Source: Longimicrobiales bacterium (lineage in GTDB: Bacteria > Gemmatimonadota > Gemmatimonadetes > Longimicrobiales > Gaopeijiaceae). Taken from it: 64,000 nucleotides of DNA. A program made the translations under genes and the position numbers. The stretch lies in contig OZ241892.1 of the NCBI GenBank assembly GCA_965203485.1, positions 1,984,001-2,048,000 of the forward strand. Reading direction: 5' to 3'. The notes below the pieces were generated by a model. That model did not search any database. It had not been told where the DNA came from and saw nothing but the letters and a program-made list of their open reading frames with translations. This document shows positions 18,442-28,467 of the stretch, piece after piece (within the stretch, counting starts at the first letter, position 1; each line of letters begins with the position of its first letter).

Positions 18442-20182
18442 TGACCGCCAGCACCACCGTCACGAGCGGCGCGCCCAGGCGGAGGTAGTCGCTGAACCGG
18501 TAACCGCCGGGGCCGTACACCATCAGGTTCGTCTGGTAGCTGACGGGCGTCAGGAAGGAAGCGGAGGCCGCGAGCGCCACGGCCACCGCCGCCGAGCGCT
18601 GGTCTATCCCGAAGTCGGCGGCGGTCGACAGCGCGATCGGCAGCACCAGCGCGGCCGCCGCGTTGTTGGTGATCACGGAGCTGAGCGCCACAGTCGCGAG
18701 CACGATGCCCGCCAGCGCTCCCTGCGGGCCGAACCGCCCGAATCCGCCCGCGACCACGTCGGCGGCCGCGTGGCCCAGCCCCGAGGTCTCGACCGCCGCG
18801 GCCAAGCCGAAGGCCGCGCCGATCACCACGATCACGTCGAAGTCGATGGCGTCCTTGGCCTCGCCGGGCCGCAGCACGCCCAACCCCACGACGGCCAGCG
18901 CACCGATCAGCGACAGGTGCAGGATCGGCAGGAAGCCGACGCCCGCGAGGACGACGATCGCTCCCGCCACCGCCAGCACGAGTCCCGCCTTTCGGCCGGC
19001 CCGGGGCGACGGCGCGTCCATCCTCGCCGCGAGCACGAAGTCGGCCCGGTCGCGCCATCGTTCGCCGAAGCCCGGGTCGGCGATCAGCAGCAGCGTGTCG
19101 CCGGGCCGGAGCGGCGTGTGCGCCAGCTTGCCGCGCACCATCTCGCCGGCGCGGTGGATCGCCAGCACCACGGCTTGGTAGTACGACGAGAAGCGGGCGT
19201 CCGCGAGCGTCCGGCCGACGAGCGGCGAGCCTTGCGCGACCACGGCCTCAAAGAACTCGTGGTCGGGGCTCCCGAACTCCCTCGGAAAGTGCGGCTCCTG
19301 GGCCGACACGAGCCCAGGGCGCTCGTGCAGCTGCAGCACGTCCTCCATGCGCCGCCCGACCATCGTCACGAGGTCCTCGCCGCGGAGCGTCGTCGCCGGA
19401 GAGACTTCGGCGAGCCAAGCGCCGCCGCGCTCGACCTCGAAGGCGGACGGGACGCCGGCTTGGCCGAAGCCGCCCTCTTCGATCGTCTTGCCGTCCAGCG
19501 GGCCGCCGGCCACGACGCGCATCCGAACCGAGAAGTTGCGGTTCGCCTCGCGAGCCTCGCGGCGCGGCGAGCGCCGGTCCGGCAGCAGCCGGGGCGACAG
19601 CCCGATCGTCAGCGCCAGGCCGGCGACGGCCACCGGCAGAGCGATCGGCGTGAGCTCGAACATCGTGAAGGGCTCCTGCCCCTCGGCCTGCAGGAGGCCG
19701 GACACGACCAAGTTGGTGGACGTGCCGATGAGCGTCGTCATGCCGCCCAGGATCGCCGCGAACGACACGGGCATGAGGTAGCGCGACGCCGAGCTGCCCT
19801 TCTGGTCGGCCCATTCTTCGATCTGCGGCGTCAGCATCGCCACGATCGGCGTGTTGTTGAGGAAGGCCGAAGCCGCGGCCACCGGCGCCGTGAGCCGGGC
19901 CAAGGCCCAGCGCAAGCTCCCTCCGCCTCCGAGCGTGGCGTGAACCAACGGCTGCAGCGCCCCGCTCCTCTCCACCGCGCGCGCCAGCACGTACAGCGCC
20001 GCCACCGTCACGGGAGCTGGATTGGAAAAGCCCTGGAACGCCTGCTCCGGCGTCACCACCCCAACCACCAGCAGCACGACCACCGCCGCAATGAACGTGG
20101 CCGAAGGCGACACCCAGTCGCGCACCAGCACTGCGACCGACGCGGCCACGACGGCCAGCGTGACCCAAGCGTCCGCGCTCAC
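18419..20182 (-). CDS. SLC13-family permease with TrkA-C domains
   Basis: SAFLNNTPIVA, LGGMTTLIGTSTN, ITNNAAAAL, FLTPVSYQTNLMVYGPGGYRFSDY. Confidence 0.9.
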   Translation of the reverse strand: MSADAWVTLAVVAASVAVLVRDWVSPSATFIAAVVVLLVVGVVTPEQAFQGFSNPAPVTVAALYVLARAVERSGALQPLVHATLGGGGSLRWALARLTAPVAAASAFLNNTPIVAMLTPQIEEWADQKGSSASRYLMPVSFAAILGGMTTLIGTSTNLVVSGLLQAEGQEPFTMFELTPIALPVAVAGLALTIGLSPRLLPDRRSPRREAREANRNFSVRMRVVAGGPLDGKTIEEGGFGQAGVPSAFEVERGGAWLAEVSPATTLRGEDLVTMVGRRMEDVLQLHERPGLVSAQEPHFPREFGSPDHEFFEAVVAQGSPLVGRTLADARFSSYYQAVVLAIHRAGEMVRGKLAHTPLRPGDTLLLIADPGFGERWRDRADFVLAARMDAPSPRAGRKAGLVLAVAGAIVVLAGVGFLPILHLSLIGALAVVGLGVLRPGEAKDAIDFDVIVVIGAAFGLAAAVETSGLGHAAADVVAGGFGRFGPQGALAGIVLATVALSSVITNNAAAALVLPIALSTAADFGIDQRSAAVAVALAASASFLTPVSYQTNLMVYGPGGYRFSDYLRLGAPLVTVVLAVIIAFAVA

Positions 20183-20370
20183 GTGCTCGGGCCGCGCCGA
20201 TCCGCGGCCGCCGATTCGCCCGCGCTCACCAGCTCAAGCCGTCTCCCGCACCAGCCGCTTCCTCCTGGTCCGCGAGGCCGGCTTCGGCCCGGTGATCACG
20301 CCGCTGGTCCGCCCAGTCCCACGCTCCTGCGCAGGCCCCGCGCGGCGAACGCGCTGCCGCGCGAGCCCGG

Positions 20371-22887
20371 TCAAGGGATCAGATTCCGCCTTGCCGTGTT
20401 GCGCACCACGAACAAGCCGTCGCCCGTGCTGGTCATCACCACCACGCCGCTCGCAAAGTACGGATAGTTGCTCCACGACGCGCCGCCGTAGGGACTGTTG
20501 TCGAAGTACGCGATCTCGACGGGCTCCGTGCGGTTCGAGATGTCCAGGATCCGCAACCCGGCGCCGTAGTTCGACTGGTACATCAAGTCGCCCAGAATGT
20601 ACAAGTTGTGGTCCGTGTCCGGCGTCTCGGCGATATGCTCGGCGGCCAGCACGGGGTCGTCGAGGTCCTCCAAGTCCCAAACAAGCGTCCGAGTTCCCTC
20701 CACCAGTCCCTGCGGCTCGTCGCCTTCGTCGTTCATGTAGAAGAACCGGTGATCCTCGGTAAGCCATCCCTGGTGCGCGTACGCGACGTTCGGGTAGTCC
20801 ATCGCGGAAATCACGGCCGGCGCGTCCTTGTCGGTCACGTCGGCCACGCTGAGCGCCGTCTCGTTGGAGCCTATGCAGATCTCCTTGCCCTTGTGCTCCT
20901 CGTCCGGGCCGTGGTACACGACGCACTGCGCATCGTGCGAATACCCCGTCCGCCGCCGCCCCGTCGTCTCGTCGAAGAAGCATCCTGCGAACTCGGGGCG
21001 CGCCGGGTTCTCCAGGGCGAGCATGTGCAGTCCGCCGCCGCACGTCGTCCCGCCGCCGCTGCTCCCCACCGCGTAGGCGAAGCCCGTGTGCTCGTTGATC
21101 ACGATGTTGTGGGCGCTGTGGATGCCGTCGTACGTGAAGTCGGGCTGAAAGACCGCGTCCGGGCCGGCCGCGTCCCGAAGCCGCCGCAGATCGAAGACCT
21201 GCACGCCGTGCGCGCCCGCCCCGTCGGCGACGACGTAGGCGTGATCCCGGTACACCTTCATGTCGCGCCACACGCTCGAGCGCGATCCCGGCGTCTTCGG
21301 CAGGTTGCCGAGCATTGCCGGATTATGGGGATCGGTGACGTCCACGAACGCCGTCCCGTCGGTCCTGCCCACGATGGCGATCTCGCGTCCGGATTCCGGA
21401 TCCGTCCACCCCCACACGTCGTTCAGGCGCGCCCCCCTCGCCCCGCCCATGTCCTTGATGGGCAGGAACGACAGCACGTTCACGTTGTCGCAGGGGAAGT
21501 GGCGGACCAAGTTCTCTTCGCACGGCAACTCCTCCTCCAGCCCCAGGATCGCGGGCGGACCGCGGTGGTCGCCGACGAGAAGCTCTCCGCTGTCCGGCCA
21601 GACCGCGGCGACGGCGCCCCCAGCACGCATGTCCACCCCGCCGGCGCCGATCACGCTGACGTCGCCCTCGACGGCCACGGCTGCGCCGAAGCCGGGAGAA
21701 GACGCCCGCTCGGCCAACGATGCGGGTCCCGCCATGCGGCTCGCCGACGCCCACTCGCCCGCGTCGTCCCTCGACAGCCGGAACACGCCGCCCCGGCCGA
21801 ATCCGCTCCTCGGCGCACCGACCCACGCTTCGGAGCCCTTCAGCGCGACCGCCGCCCCGAAGTTCGTGCCCGGCAACGTCAACTCCATGACGGGGCGTCC
21901 CGGACCCCAGCCCGCGCCGTCCGCGCCGCGCCGGTACTCCAACACGGTCCCCGCGCCCGGCGCGCCCACGAACGCCTCCCGCCCGTTCGTCGCCAGCGCC
22001 GCGCCGAACCCGCGCTCCGCCTCGAGCCCGCCAGGCGCCTCCAGCTCCGCCTCGAACGACATCTCGCCGGTCCCGGCGTCCACCGAAAACGCGTACACCC
22101 TCGCGACCGAGCGCCGCTCGCCCCTCGTCGCAACCAACGCCGTCCCGCCGTGCAGCGCAACCACGGACCCGAACGCGCGCGGCGCGGCTTCCGCCTCGTC
22201 CTCGCTGGACGGAGGCATCGGCGGCAGCGCTTCTTCCCCCGCGCGCTCTCCGACTTCCGCTTCCTCCGGCGTGCCCGGCCGCACGATCCTGGCGCCCCGC
22301 ACCCACTGCCCGTCGGCCCGCCGCGCGAACGCGTGGACCGCCCCCGCCCCGCCGTCCTCGCCCGGCGCGGCCACGAGCGCCGTCCCGCCGCTGACCGCCA
22401 CGGCCGACCCGAAGCCCCACTCCGCCTGCGCTCCCGGCGCCTCCAGCCGGGCCACCTCGGTCCACCGGCCCGCCTGCAGCTCGAAGAGCATCGCCGCTCC
22501 GTGCAGGCCGTCGTCCCTCTCCAGCATCGGCGCCCCCACCACGACCACCCCGCCGTCCGAGGCGAGGGCCCGCCCGAAGCCGTCCGGCGGCGCACCCGCG
22601 GGCGAAGCCGCCAGCCGAGCCGCCTCGGTCCACCGGCCCCCGTCCACCGCGTACACGTACACGATTCCGGGCAGCGTCGCGTTGGCCGGCTCCCCGACGA
22701 ACACGTGTTCCCGGCTCACGGCCAGCGCTCCGCCGAATTGCTGGGTCTCGCCCGGCGCCGCCGTCGCGGCAAGGGCCAGCGCCAACGCCGGGCCGCCCAG
22801 CCCGAGCAGCCGGCCCAAACCACCACGCGCTCCCGTTCCGCCCGTCGCCGGGCCGTTGCGCGCGGTCTTCGCATAGCCAGTCATCAT
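20371..22887 (-). CDS. Choice-of-anchor B family protein with N-terminal FG-GAP repeats
   Basis: Repeated FG..AVA...VGAP units, NDVWGWTDP, WRDMKVY, SAHNIVIN, YSHDAQC, HQGWLTED, HNLY, WSNYPYF. Confidence 0.85.
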   Translation of the reverse strand: MMTGYAKTARNGPATGGTGARGGLGRLLGLGGPALALALAATAAPGETQQFGGALAVSREHVFVGEPANATLPGIVYVYAVDGGRWTEAARLAASPAGAPPDGFGRALASDGGVVVVGAPMLERDDGLHGAAMLFELQAGRWTEVARLEAPGAQAEWGFGSAVAVSGGTALVAAPGEDGGAGAVHAFARRADGQWVRGARIVRPGTPEEAEVGERAGEEALPPMPPSSEDEAEAAPRAFGSVVALHGGTALVATRGERRSVARVYAFSVDAGTGEMSFEAELEAPGGLEAERGFGAALATNGREAFVGAPGAGTVLEYRRGADGAGWGPGRPVMELTLPGTNFGAAVALKGSEAWVGAPRSGFGRGGVFRLSRDDAGEWASASRMAGPASLAERASSPGFGAAVAVEGDVSVIGAGGVDMRAGGAVAAVWPDSGELLVGDHRGPPAILGLEEELPCEENLVRHFPCDNVNVLSFLPIKDMGGARGARLNDVWGWTDPESGREIAIVGRTDGTAFVDVTDPHNPAMLGNLPKTPGSRSSVWRDMKVYRDHAYVVADGAGAHGVQVFDLRRLRDAAGPDAVFQPDFTYDGIHSAHNIVINEHTGFAYAVGSSGGGTTCGGGLHMLALENPARPEFAGCFFDETTGRRRTGYSHDAQCVVYHGPDEEHKGKEICIGSNETALSVADVTDKDAPAVISAMDYPNVAYAHQGWLTEDHRFFYMNDEGDEPQGLVEGTRTLVWDLEDLDDPVLAAEHIAETPDTDHNLYILGDLMYQSNYGAGLRILDISNRTEPVEIAYFDNSPYGGASWSNYPYFASGVVVMTSTGDGLFVVRNTARRNLIP

Positions 22888-23132
22888 CCGTCCCTTCCCT
22901 TCGGTCCCTTGCAGAGTTGCGCCCCGGCGCCGAGCGGCCGAGCGTCCGCGTCAACGCTAGTCTTGGCCGGACCGGACCGGCACGTCAAGCCCCGCCCCCG
23001 GCGCCCGTTGACATCCGCCCGCCCGCGCACCGACGTTTCCCGCAGCTCGACGCGCGCCGGGCCGCATCTTCGCCGGCCTTGCCGACGCCAGACTTGCAGA
23101 CCCCTGAACAAGCACTGGGAGGCCCTCCGAAC

Positions 23133-24011
23133 ATGCGCCCACGCCGCCACGCCGCCTTCGCCCTTCTGCTCGTCCTCGGTTGCGGCGATTCCGGGTCCGG
23201 CGGCAGTCCGCCCAGCTCGCAACCGCCCGCCGAGGCGCCAAGCGTCGCCTTCAACCCGACGGCCGACGACGAGCTTCCGCCCACCGTCTTGGACGAGCAG
23301 CGCGGCCGCGCACTGAGGGGAACCGGCGTGCGCTACGTCCCGGGCGACACGCTCACGCTCGGATACGTCGCGCAGCCCGAAGGCGAAGGCCCGTTCCCCG
23401 CGCTGGTCATCGTGCACGAATGGGACGGCCTCAAGAACAAGATCCGCCAACTCGCCGACGACTTGGCCGCGGAAGGGTACGTCACTCTGGCGGCCGACCT
23501 CTTCAAGGGACGCGTCGGCCATTTCCCGGACGAGAACATGGCGCTGGTCGGCGAGGCGCAAGCGGACCCGGGCGCGATGGTGAGCAACTTGAACGCCGCG
23601 GTCGCCTACCTCAAGCGGCGCCCCGACGTCACCGGCCGCGTCGGCGTCGTCGGATGGTGCTTCGGCGGAGGCGTCGCGCTCTCCTACGGCCTGGACGGCG
23701 ACGATCACGACGCCACCGCGATCTTCTACGGGCGGCTCGTGGACGACCCCGAAGTCCTGGCGGCGCTCGACCACGAGGTCTACGGCACGTTCGCGGGGCT
23801 CGACCAAGGGCCCACGCCGGAGCAGGTGGCCGCCTTCGAGGATGCGCTCCGGGCCGCGGGCGTGGCGAACGACATTCACATCTACGACGAAGTCAACCAC
23901 GGGTTCTGGCTCTGGGTCAACGCAAACGCGGAGGTGCGCACCGCTCCCGCACTGGACGCTTGGCGGCGGCTCAAGGCGTACTTGAACCGGACGCTGAGAA
24001 GCGACGGCTGA
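23133..24011 (+). CDS. Dienelactone hydrolase family lipoprotein
   Basis: Lipobox-like VLGC, VIVHEWDG, GWCFGG nucleophile motif, HGF. Confidence 0.85.
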   Translation: MRPRRHAAFALLLVLGCGDSGSGGSPPSSQPPAEAPSVAFNPTADDELPPTVLDEQRGRALRGTGVRYVPGDTLTLGYVAQPEGEGPFPALVIVHEWDGLKNKIRQLADDLAAEGYVTLAADLFKGRVGHFPDENMALVGEAQADPGAMVSNLNAAVAYLKRRPDVTGRVGVVGWCFGGGVALSYGLDGDDHDATAIFYGRLVDDPEVLAALDHEVYGTFAGLDQGPTPEQVAAFEDALRAAGVANDIHIYDEVNHGFWLWVNANAEVRTAPALDAWRRLKAYLNRTLRSDG

Positions 24012-24022
24012 GCGGCCCGAAG

Positions 24023-24062
24023 CGTCTCGCCACGGCGACACCCGTGTCCCGCCAGCGAGACA
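24023..24062 (+). promoter_or_regulatory. Tandem putative enhancer-binding-protein sites
   Basis: CGTC-N10-GACA (24023-24040) and TGTC-N10-GACA (24045-24062), 22 bp apart, upstream of a sigma54-like promoter. Confidence 0.5.
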
Positions 24063-24103
24063 CTTGGGGCACGAAGACCACGCTGATCAACCGGTTTCCG
24101 CCT

Positions 24104-24119
24104 TGGTACGCTTCTTGCT
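24104..24119 (+). promoter_or_regulatory. Sigma54 (-24/-12) promoter
   Basis: TGGTACG-CTTC-TTGCT against the consensus TGGCACG-N4-TTGCW, with exact spacing, about 60 bp before ATG 24181. Confidence 0.65.
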
Positions 24120-24180
24120 GTCATCGTCGGACAGGACCCGGCGAACGAGCGAACCGGGCAAACACGAACGGAGCTCAGTC

Positions 24181-25041
24181 ATGAACAAGCAGGCCATCAA
24201 CGAGAACGAGAAGGGAGCACGGCGCGCGCGGCCGTTTGCGCGCACACACGGAGCCGGCGGCGGCGCGGCCGTCCGCGCGGCCGTCTTGCTGGCCGCCGTC
24301 TTCGGGACCGTCGGAGCGGCGACGCCGGCAGCGGCCGCTGCCCAGTCGGCCCGGGCGGGCGGCGACTTCCTGCTGGGGACGCCCAAGGCCACGCTGGCGG
24401 TGCGGATCGGCTGGAACCTCCCGCGCGAAGGAGGCGGCACGGGCGCGCAGCCGAGCCTTTGGGACCACAACCGCAAGGAGCTCACGGTCACCCGCGGCGA
24501 CTTCGGCGGACTGTTCCTCGAGGGAGAGCTCGGCATTTGGATCTCCGAGCGCTTCGACGCGACCGTGTCGGCGGGCCGGACCGAGGCCAAGACGGTGTCG
24601 GAGTTCCGCGGCTTTGTGGGCGAAGACGATCTGCCCATCGCGCAGACGACGGAGTTCGCTCTTCTGCCCCTGACCGCCGGCGTCAAGGCGTACCTCTTCA
24701 AGCGCGGCCACGGCGTCGGCCGCTTCGCGTGGATCCCACGGCGATGGAACGCGTACGCGGGCGTGTCGGGAGGCGTCGTGCGTTGGCGATTCCAGCAGTA
24801 CGGGGAATTCGTGGACTTCGAGACGCTGGACATATTCCGGGACGACTTTCGCGGGAGCGGGACGGCCGCTACGCTCCAGTTGCGGGCGGGCGTGGAAGTG
24901 GCGGTCCACCAGAAGCTCCTGCTCACCGGCGAATCGCGCTACGGCTTCGGCAGCGGCCAGCTGGGCTTGGACTTCGACGGCTTCGCCGATCTGGACCTGC
25001 ACCGGTTCCAGGTGACGGGCGGAATCGCGTTGCGGTTCTAG
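24181..25041 (+). CDS. Hypothetical outer-membrane beta-barrel protein
   Basis: Signal peptide, alternating amphipathic strands, C-terminal ...GGIALRF. Confidence 0.65.
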   Translation: MNKQAINENEKGARRARPFARTHGAGGGAAVRAAVLLAAVFGTVGAATPAAAAAQSARAGGDFLLGTPKATLAVRIGWNLPREGGGTGAQPSLWDHNRKELTVTRGDFGGLFLEGELGIWISERFDATVSAGRTEAKTVSEFRGFVGEDDLPIAQTTEFALLPLTAGVKAYLFKRGHGVGRFAWIPRRWNAYAGVSGGVVRWRFQQYGEFVDFETLDIFRDDFRGSGTAATLQLRAGVEVAVHQKLLLTGESRYGFGSGQLGLDFDGFADLDLHRFQVTGGIALRF

Positions 25042-25085
25042 CGGGGAGCGCGGACATGCAATCCAACACGGAGAGGACTGGATCG

Positions 25086-26282
25086 ATGACGAACAAGCGG
25101 CAGACCCGGGTCGGGACGCTGGCGTCGCTGGCGCTCGCGGCCGTCGGGACGAGCGGCGCGGCGCAGGCTGAGGCGCAGGCGCGCGCAAGCAATCAGGAAT
25201 GGGCGGCGTACCTGGGGTGCTGGGCGCCGCAGGACGCGCAGACGGAGGACGGCCTCCTGTGCTTCGCGGACGGGGCGCAGGGCCTCGAGATGCTCACGGT
25301 GCTGGACGGCGAGATCGCGTACCGCGAGCCGTTCCGGACGGACGGCCAGCCCTACGACGTCGAGCAGGACGACTGCAACGGAACCGAGTCCGCTTGGTTC
25401 TCGGAGGACCGCAAGCGGCTCTACACGCTCTCCGACGTGTCGTGCGAGGGCGAGGCGCCCCGCCGCACGACCGGCATCATCTCGATGCCCGAGCGGGGCC
25501 GTTGGCTGGACGTGCGGGCGACGGAGGTGAACGGGGCGACGACGGCTTGGTCGCGCTGGTACCGGCGGGCTTCCAGCCGGGCGCTTGAGGAAGCCGGAGG
25601 CCCGGCGACGGCGCGGGCGGCAATCTTCGGAGCGGGCACGCCCGGGGTGCGCGCGCGGAATTCGCTCGAGATCGCCGACGTGGTGGACGCCAGCCGCAAC
25701 GTGCATCCCAAGGCGGTCGGGGCCTGGATCGCGGAGGTCGGGCAGGAGTTCCGAGGCCTCGGCGCGGACGATCTGCTCCGCCTGGACGAAGAGGGCGTGC
25801 CGGAGGACGTGATCGACGTAGTGGTGGCCGTCTCCTTCCCCGAGCACTTCTCGCTGGGCGCCGAGGCGCCGGACCGCGAGACGGACGACGGCATCCGCAG
25901 ACGGAAGATGGGCGGGCGCTTCGGCCTCTACGGCTACGACCCGTACTGGGGCTACAATTCCTTCTACGGGTACGGGTATTCCCCGTTCTGGGGCTCGAGC
26001 TACGGATACTCGCCGCTCGGCTACTACGGCCGCTGGTACGGGAGCGGATACGGCTACGTGCCGGTGGTGGTCGACGTGAGTCCGCGCAGGGGCGGCCGGA
26101 TCGTGGCCGGCAAGGGCTACCAGCGGGGCGACGACGGGGGGCGGGACGATTCCTCGGCCCGCGGCAGGCCGCGCGGTTCCGCGGGATCGACCGTCGGCGG
26201 CTCGACCCGCACGTCGCAGTCGCCTCCTGCGCGCGGCGGCCGCAGCACGGGCCGCAAGGCGAAGCCGCGCGGCGGCAAGTAG
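25086..26282 (+). CDS. Hypothetical secreted protein with a Tyr/Gly-rich segment and a basic tail
   Basis: GAGAGGA RBS, signal peptide ending AQA, GYDPYWGYNSFYGYGYSPFWGSSYGY... region. Confidence 0.7.
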   Translation: MTNKRQTRVGTLASLALAAVGTSGAAQAEAQARASNQEWAAYLGCWAPQDAQTEDGLLCFADGAQGLEMLTVLDGEIAYREPFRTDGQPYDVEQDDCNGTESAWFSEDRKRLYTLSDVSCEGEAPRRTTGIISMPERGRWLDVRATEVNGATTAWSRWYRRASSRALEEAGGPATARAAIFGAGTPGVRARNSLEIADVVDASRNVHPKAVGAWIAEVGQEFRGLGADDLLRLDEEGVPEDVIDVVVAVSFPEHFSLGAEAPDRETDDGIRRRKMGGRFGLYGYDPYWGYNSFYGYGYSPFWGSSYGYSPLGYYGRWYGSGYGYVPVVVDVSPRRGGRIVAGKGYQRGDDGGRDDSSARGRPRGSAGSTVGGSTRTSQSPPARGGRSTGRKAKPRGGK

Positions 26283-26487
26283 GGGCCGGGGGGCCGCCGC
26301 GCTGCCCAGGCTTGCCGGGCTTGCCACTGCGCGGGCCGCCATGAACGCCTCGACGGCGGCGGCTGGGGAAGCCCGGCCCGCAGGCCCCTAGCGGCCGCGG
26401 GCCGGGCCTCCTGCACGCCGCCGCGGCCGGCGCCGCGACGCCAACGGCGGACTCCCTTGGCCGTCTCCGGCGCCAGCGCAAGCGCTC

Positions 26488-27213
26488 TTGAGCACGCTCT
26501 TCCAAGCCGAGGCCGCGACGGGCCTCTCCGACACGCTGGCGTCGAATCCACCGCTCGCGGCGGCCGTGCTCTTCGGCTTCGGCGTGCTCACCAGCTTCAC
26601 GCCCTGCGTCTACCCGATGATCCCGATCACCGCGTCCGTGATCTCGGGAACCGCCAAGAAGGCGCAGTCGTGGAGGCGCACCGCCGGACTCACGGCGGCC
26701 TACGTGGTCGGCTTGGCGATGCTTTACGCGGTTCTGGGGCTGGTGGCCGGGCTGACCGGGTCGCTGTTCGGCTCGGTGAGCGCCAGCCCCTGGGCGCTGC
26801 TGGCAATCGGCAACCTGCTGGTCGTCTTCGCGCTGGCCATGCTCGACGTGATCCCCGTCGCCGCGCCGCAACGCCTCCTGAACTGGGCGGGCGGGCGCGG
26901 CGGCGGCTCCTACGGCGCGGTGTTCGCGCTCGGGGCCACGTCCGGTGTCGTCGCCGCCCCCTGCGGCGCCCCCGCGTTCGCCACCGTGCTGGCCTGGGTG
27001 GCCGCCACGCAGGCCGGCGTCCTCGGCTTCGTCTATCTTTTTGCGTTCTCGCTGGGGATGACCGCCCTGCTGGCCGCGGTCGGACTCTTCTCGGGCACGC
27101 TCGCCCTGCTCCCGAAGTCCGGGAAGTGGATGCTGGGCGTGAAGCGCGCCGCGGGCGTCGTGATGCTGGGCGTCGCCGAGTACTACTTCGTGAAGGCCGG
27201 CTTCAGCATGTGA
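26488..27213 (+). CDS. ccdA: CcdA/DsbD transmembrane electron transporter
   Basis: LTSFTPCVYPMIP and VAAPCGAP motifs, multiple TM helices. Confidence 0.88.
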   Translation: MSTLFQAEAATGLSDTLASNPPLAAAVLFGFGVLTSFTPCVYPMIPITASVISGTAKKAQSWRRTAGLTAAYVVGLAMLYAVLGLVAGLTGSLFGSVSASPWALLAIGNLLVVFALAMLDVIPVAAPQRLLNWAGGRGGGSYGAVFALGATSGVVAAPCGAPAFATVLAWVAATQAGVLGFVYLFAFSLGMTALLAAVGLFSGTLALLPKSGKWMLGVKRAAGVVMLGVAEYYFVKAGFSM

Positions 27214-27227
27214 GCAGGCTCTTTTCC

Positions 27228-27761
27228 ATGGCCAACCAGCCGAGCATTGCAACCTGGGCGGCGGCGCTGTCCCTGCTTCTCGCGACCGCCGGGCCGGGCC
27301 GCGCCCAGGACGGGGCGGGCGTGGGTCCCGCGCTGGGCGCCCAGGCCCCGGACGCGCAGGTCGAGGACCTCGACGGCGCCCCGGTGGCGCTCTCCGGCGT
27401 GATCGCCGGCCGGGCCGCGTTGCTGGAGTTCTGGGCCTCGTGGTGCGAGAACTGCGAGGCGCTGGAGCCGCAGATGCAGGAGATCCACGAGCGCTTCGGC
27501 GACCGCGTCGCCGTGGTCGCCGTGGCGGTGGCCGTGGGCCAGTCCCGCCGACGCGTGCGGCGCCACGTGGACGCCCACGGACGCGGCTTCGCCTACGTCT
27601 ACGACGGATCCGGAGAGGCCGTCCGCGCCTTCAACGCCCTCTCCACGTCGGTCGTCGTCCTCCTGGACGCGCAAGGCCGCGTCGCCTTCACCGGCGTCGG
27701 CCCCGAACAGGACCTGGTGGGCGCCGTCGAAGCGATGCTGGCCGCGGGGCAGCCTCTTTAG
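27228..27761 (+). CDS. TlpA-family periplasmic thiol-disulfide reductase
   Basis: Signal peptide and LLEFWASWCENC. Confidence 0.88.
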   Translation: MANQPSIATWAAALSLLLATAGPGRAQDGAGVGPALGAQAPDAQVEDLDGAPVALSGVIAGRAALLEFWASWCENCEALEPQMQEIHERFGDRVAVVAVAVAVGQSRRRVRRHVDAHGRGFAYVYDGSGEAVRAFNALSTSVVVLLDAQGRVAFTGVGPEQDLVGAVEAMLAAGQPL

Positions 27762-28396
27762 GGCGCGGCTCCCCCCTCGTCGTCCTCCGGCGTCACCGCC
27801 GCCACCGCCTCGGCCAGCTCCTCGTACGCCGCCGGATCCACTTGATTGAAGCGCGGAATCACCTTCGCGACCCGTCCGTCCGGCCCGACCACGATCACGG
27901 CCCGGCTGTCGACCATGTTGTTGTCGCGAAGGCTGCCGCCGAACGCCGCGTAGGAGACCCCGTCGTTCTCGGCGTCGCTGCCGAACACGAACGGGAAGTC
28001 CTCGTCCTTGAGCCACGAGGCCAGTTCTTCGGGCGAGTCGTTGGATATGCCCAGCACCACCACGTTGCGGCCTTCGTTGAACAGCTGTGCGTACTGATCC
28101 CGGTACGCTCTCATCTGAACCGTTCAGCCGCGCGTCCTGACCCGGAAGAAGAAGGCCAGGACCACCGCGTCGCCCCGGTAGTCGCTCAACCGAATCTTGT
28201 CCCGCAGCACGCCGTGCCGGGTCGCCGCCGCCAGCTCGATCTCCGGCGCCTCCTCGCCCACCGCGATCAACCCCGATCCCGGCTCGGCCTCCTGCGCCTC
28301 CGCCCCTTCGGGCGCCGACAAGCCCGCCGTCCCGGCCAGCGCCGCCGCCGCCAGCGCCGCCGGAAGCCCCGTCCATCCTCCGCGTGCCCTTCTCAC
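27758..28396 (-). CDS. Exported peroxiredoxin (AhpC/TSA/BCP-like) selenoprotein; UGA at 28126-28124 read as Sec
   Basis: VGEEAPEIEL..LSDYRGDAVVLAFFFRVRTRG-U-TVQMRAYRDQY..VLGISNDS..RAVIVVGPDGRV. This joins two in-frame ORFs of the track. Confidence 0.85.
28089..28108 (-). promoter_or_regulatory. Bacterial SECIS-like hairpin
   Basis: GCGTAC-CGGGATCA-GTACGC on the minus strand, 15 nt after the UGA. Confidence 0.7.
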
Positions 28397-28467
28397 GTCC
28401 CTTCCCTCCTCTTCTGAAGTCCCTGGTTGCGGCCTACGGCCGACGGCCCCGCCGCCCCGCGCCGCCG

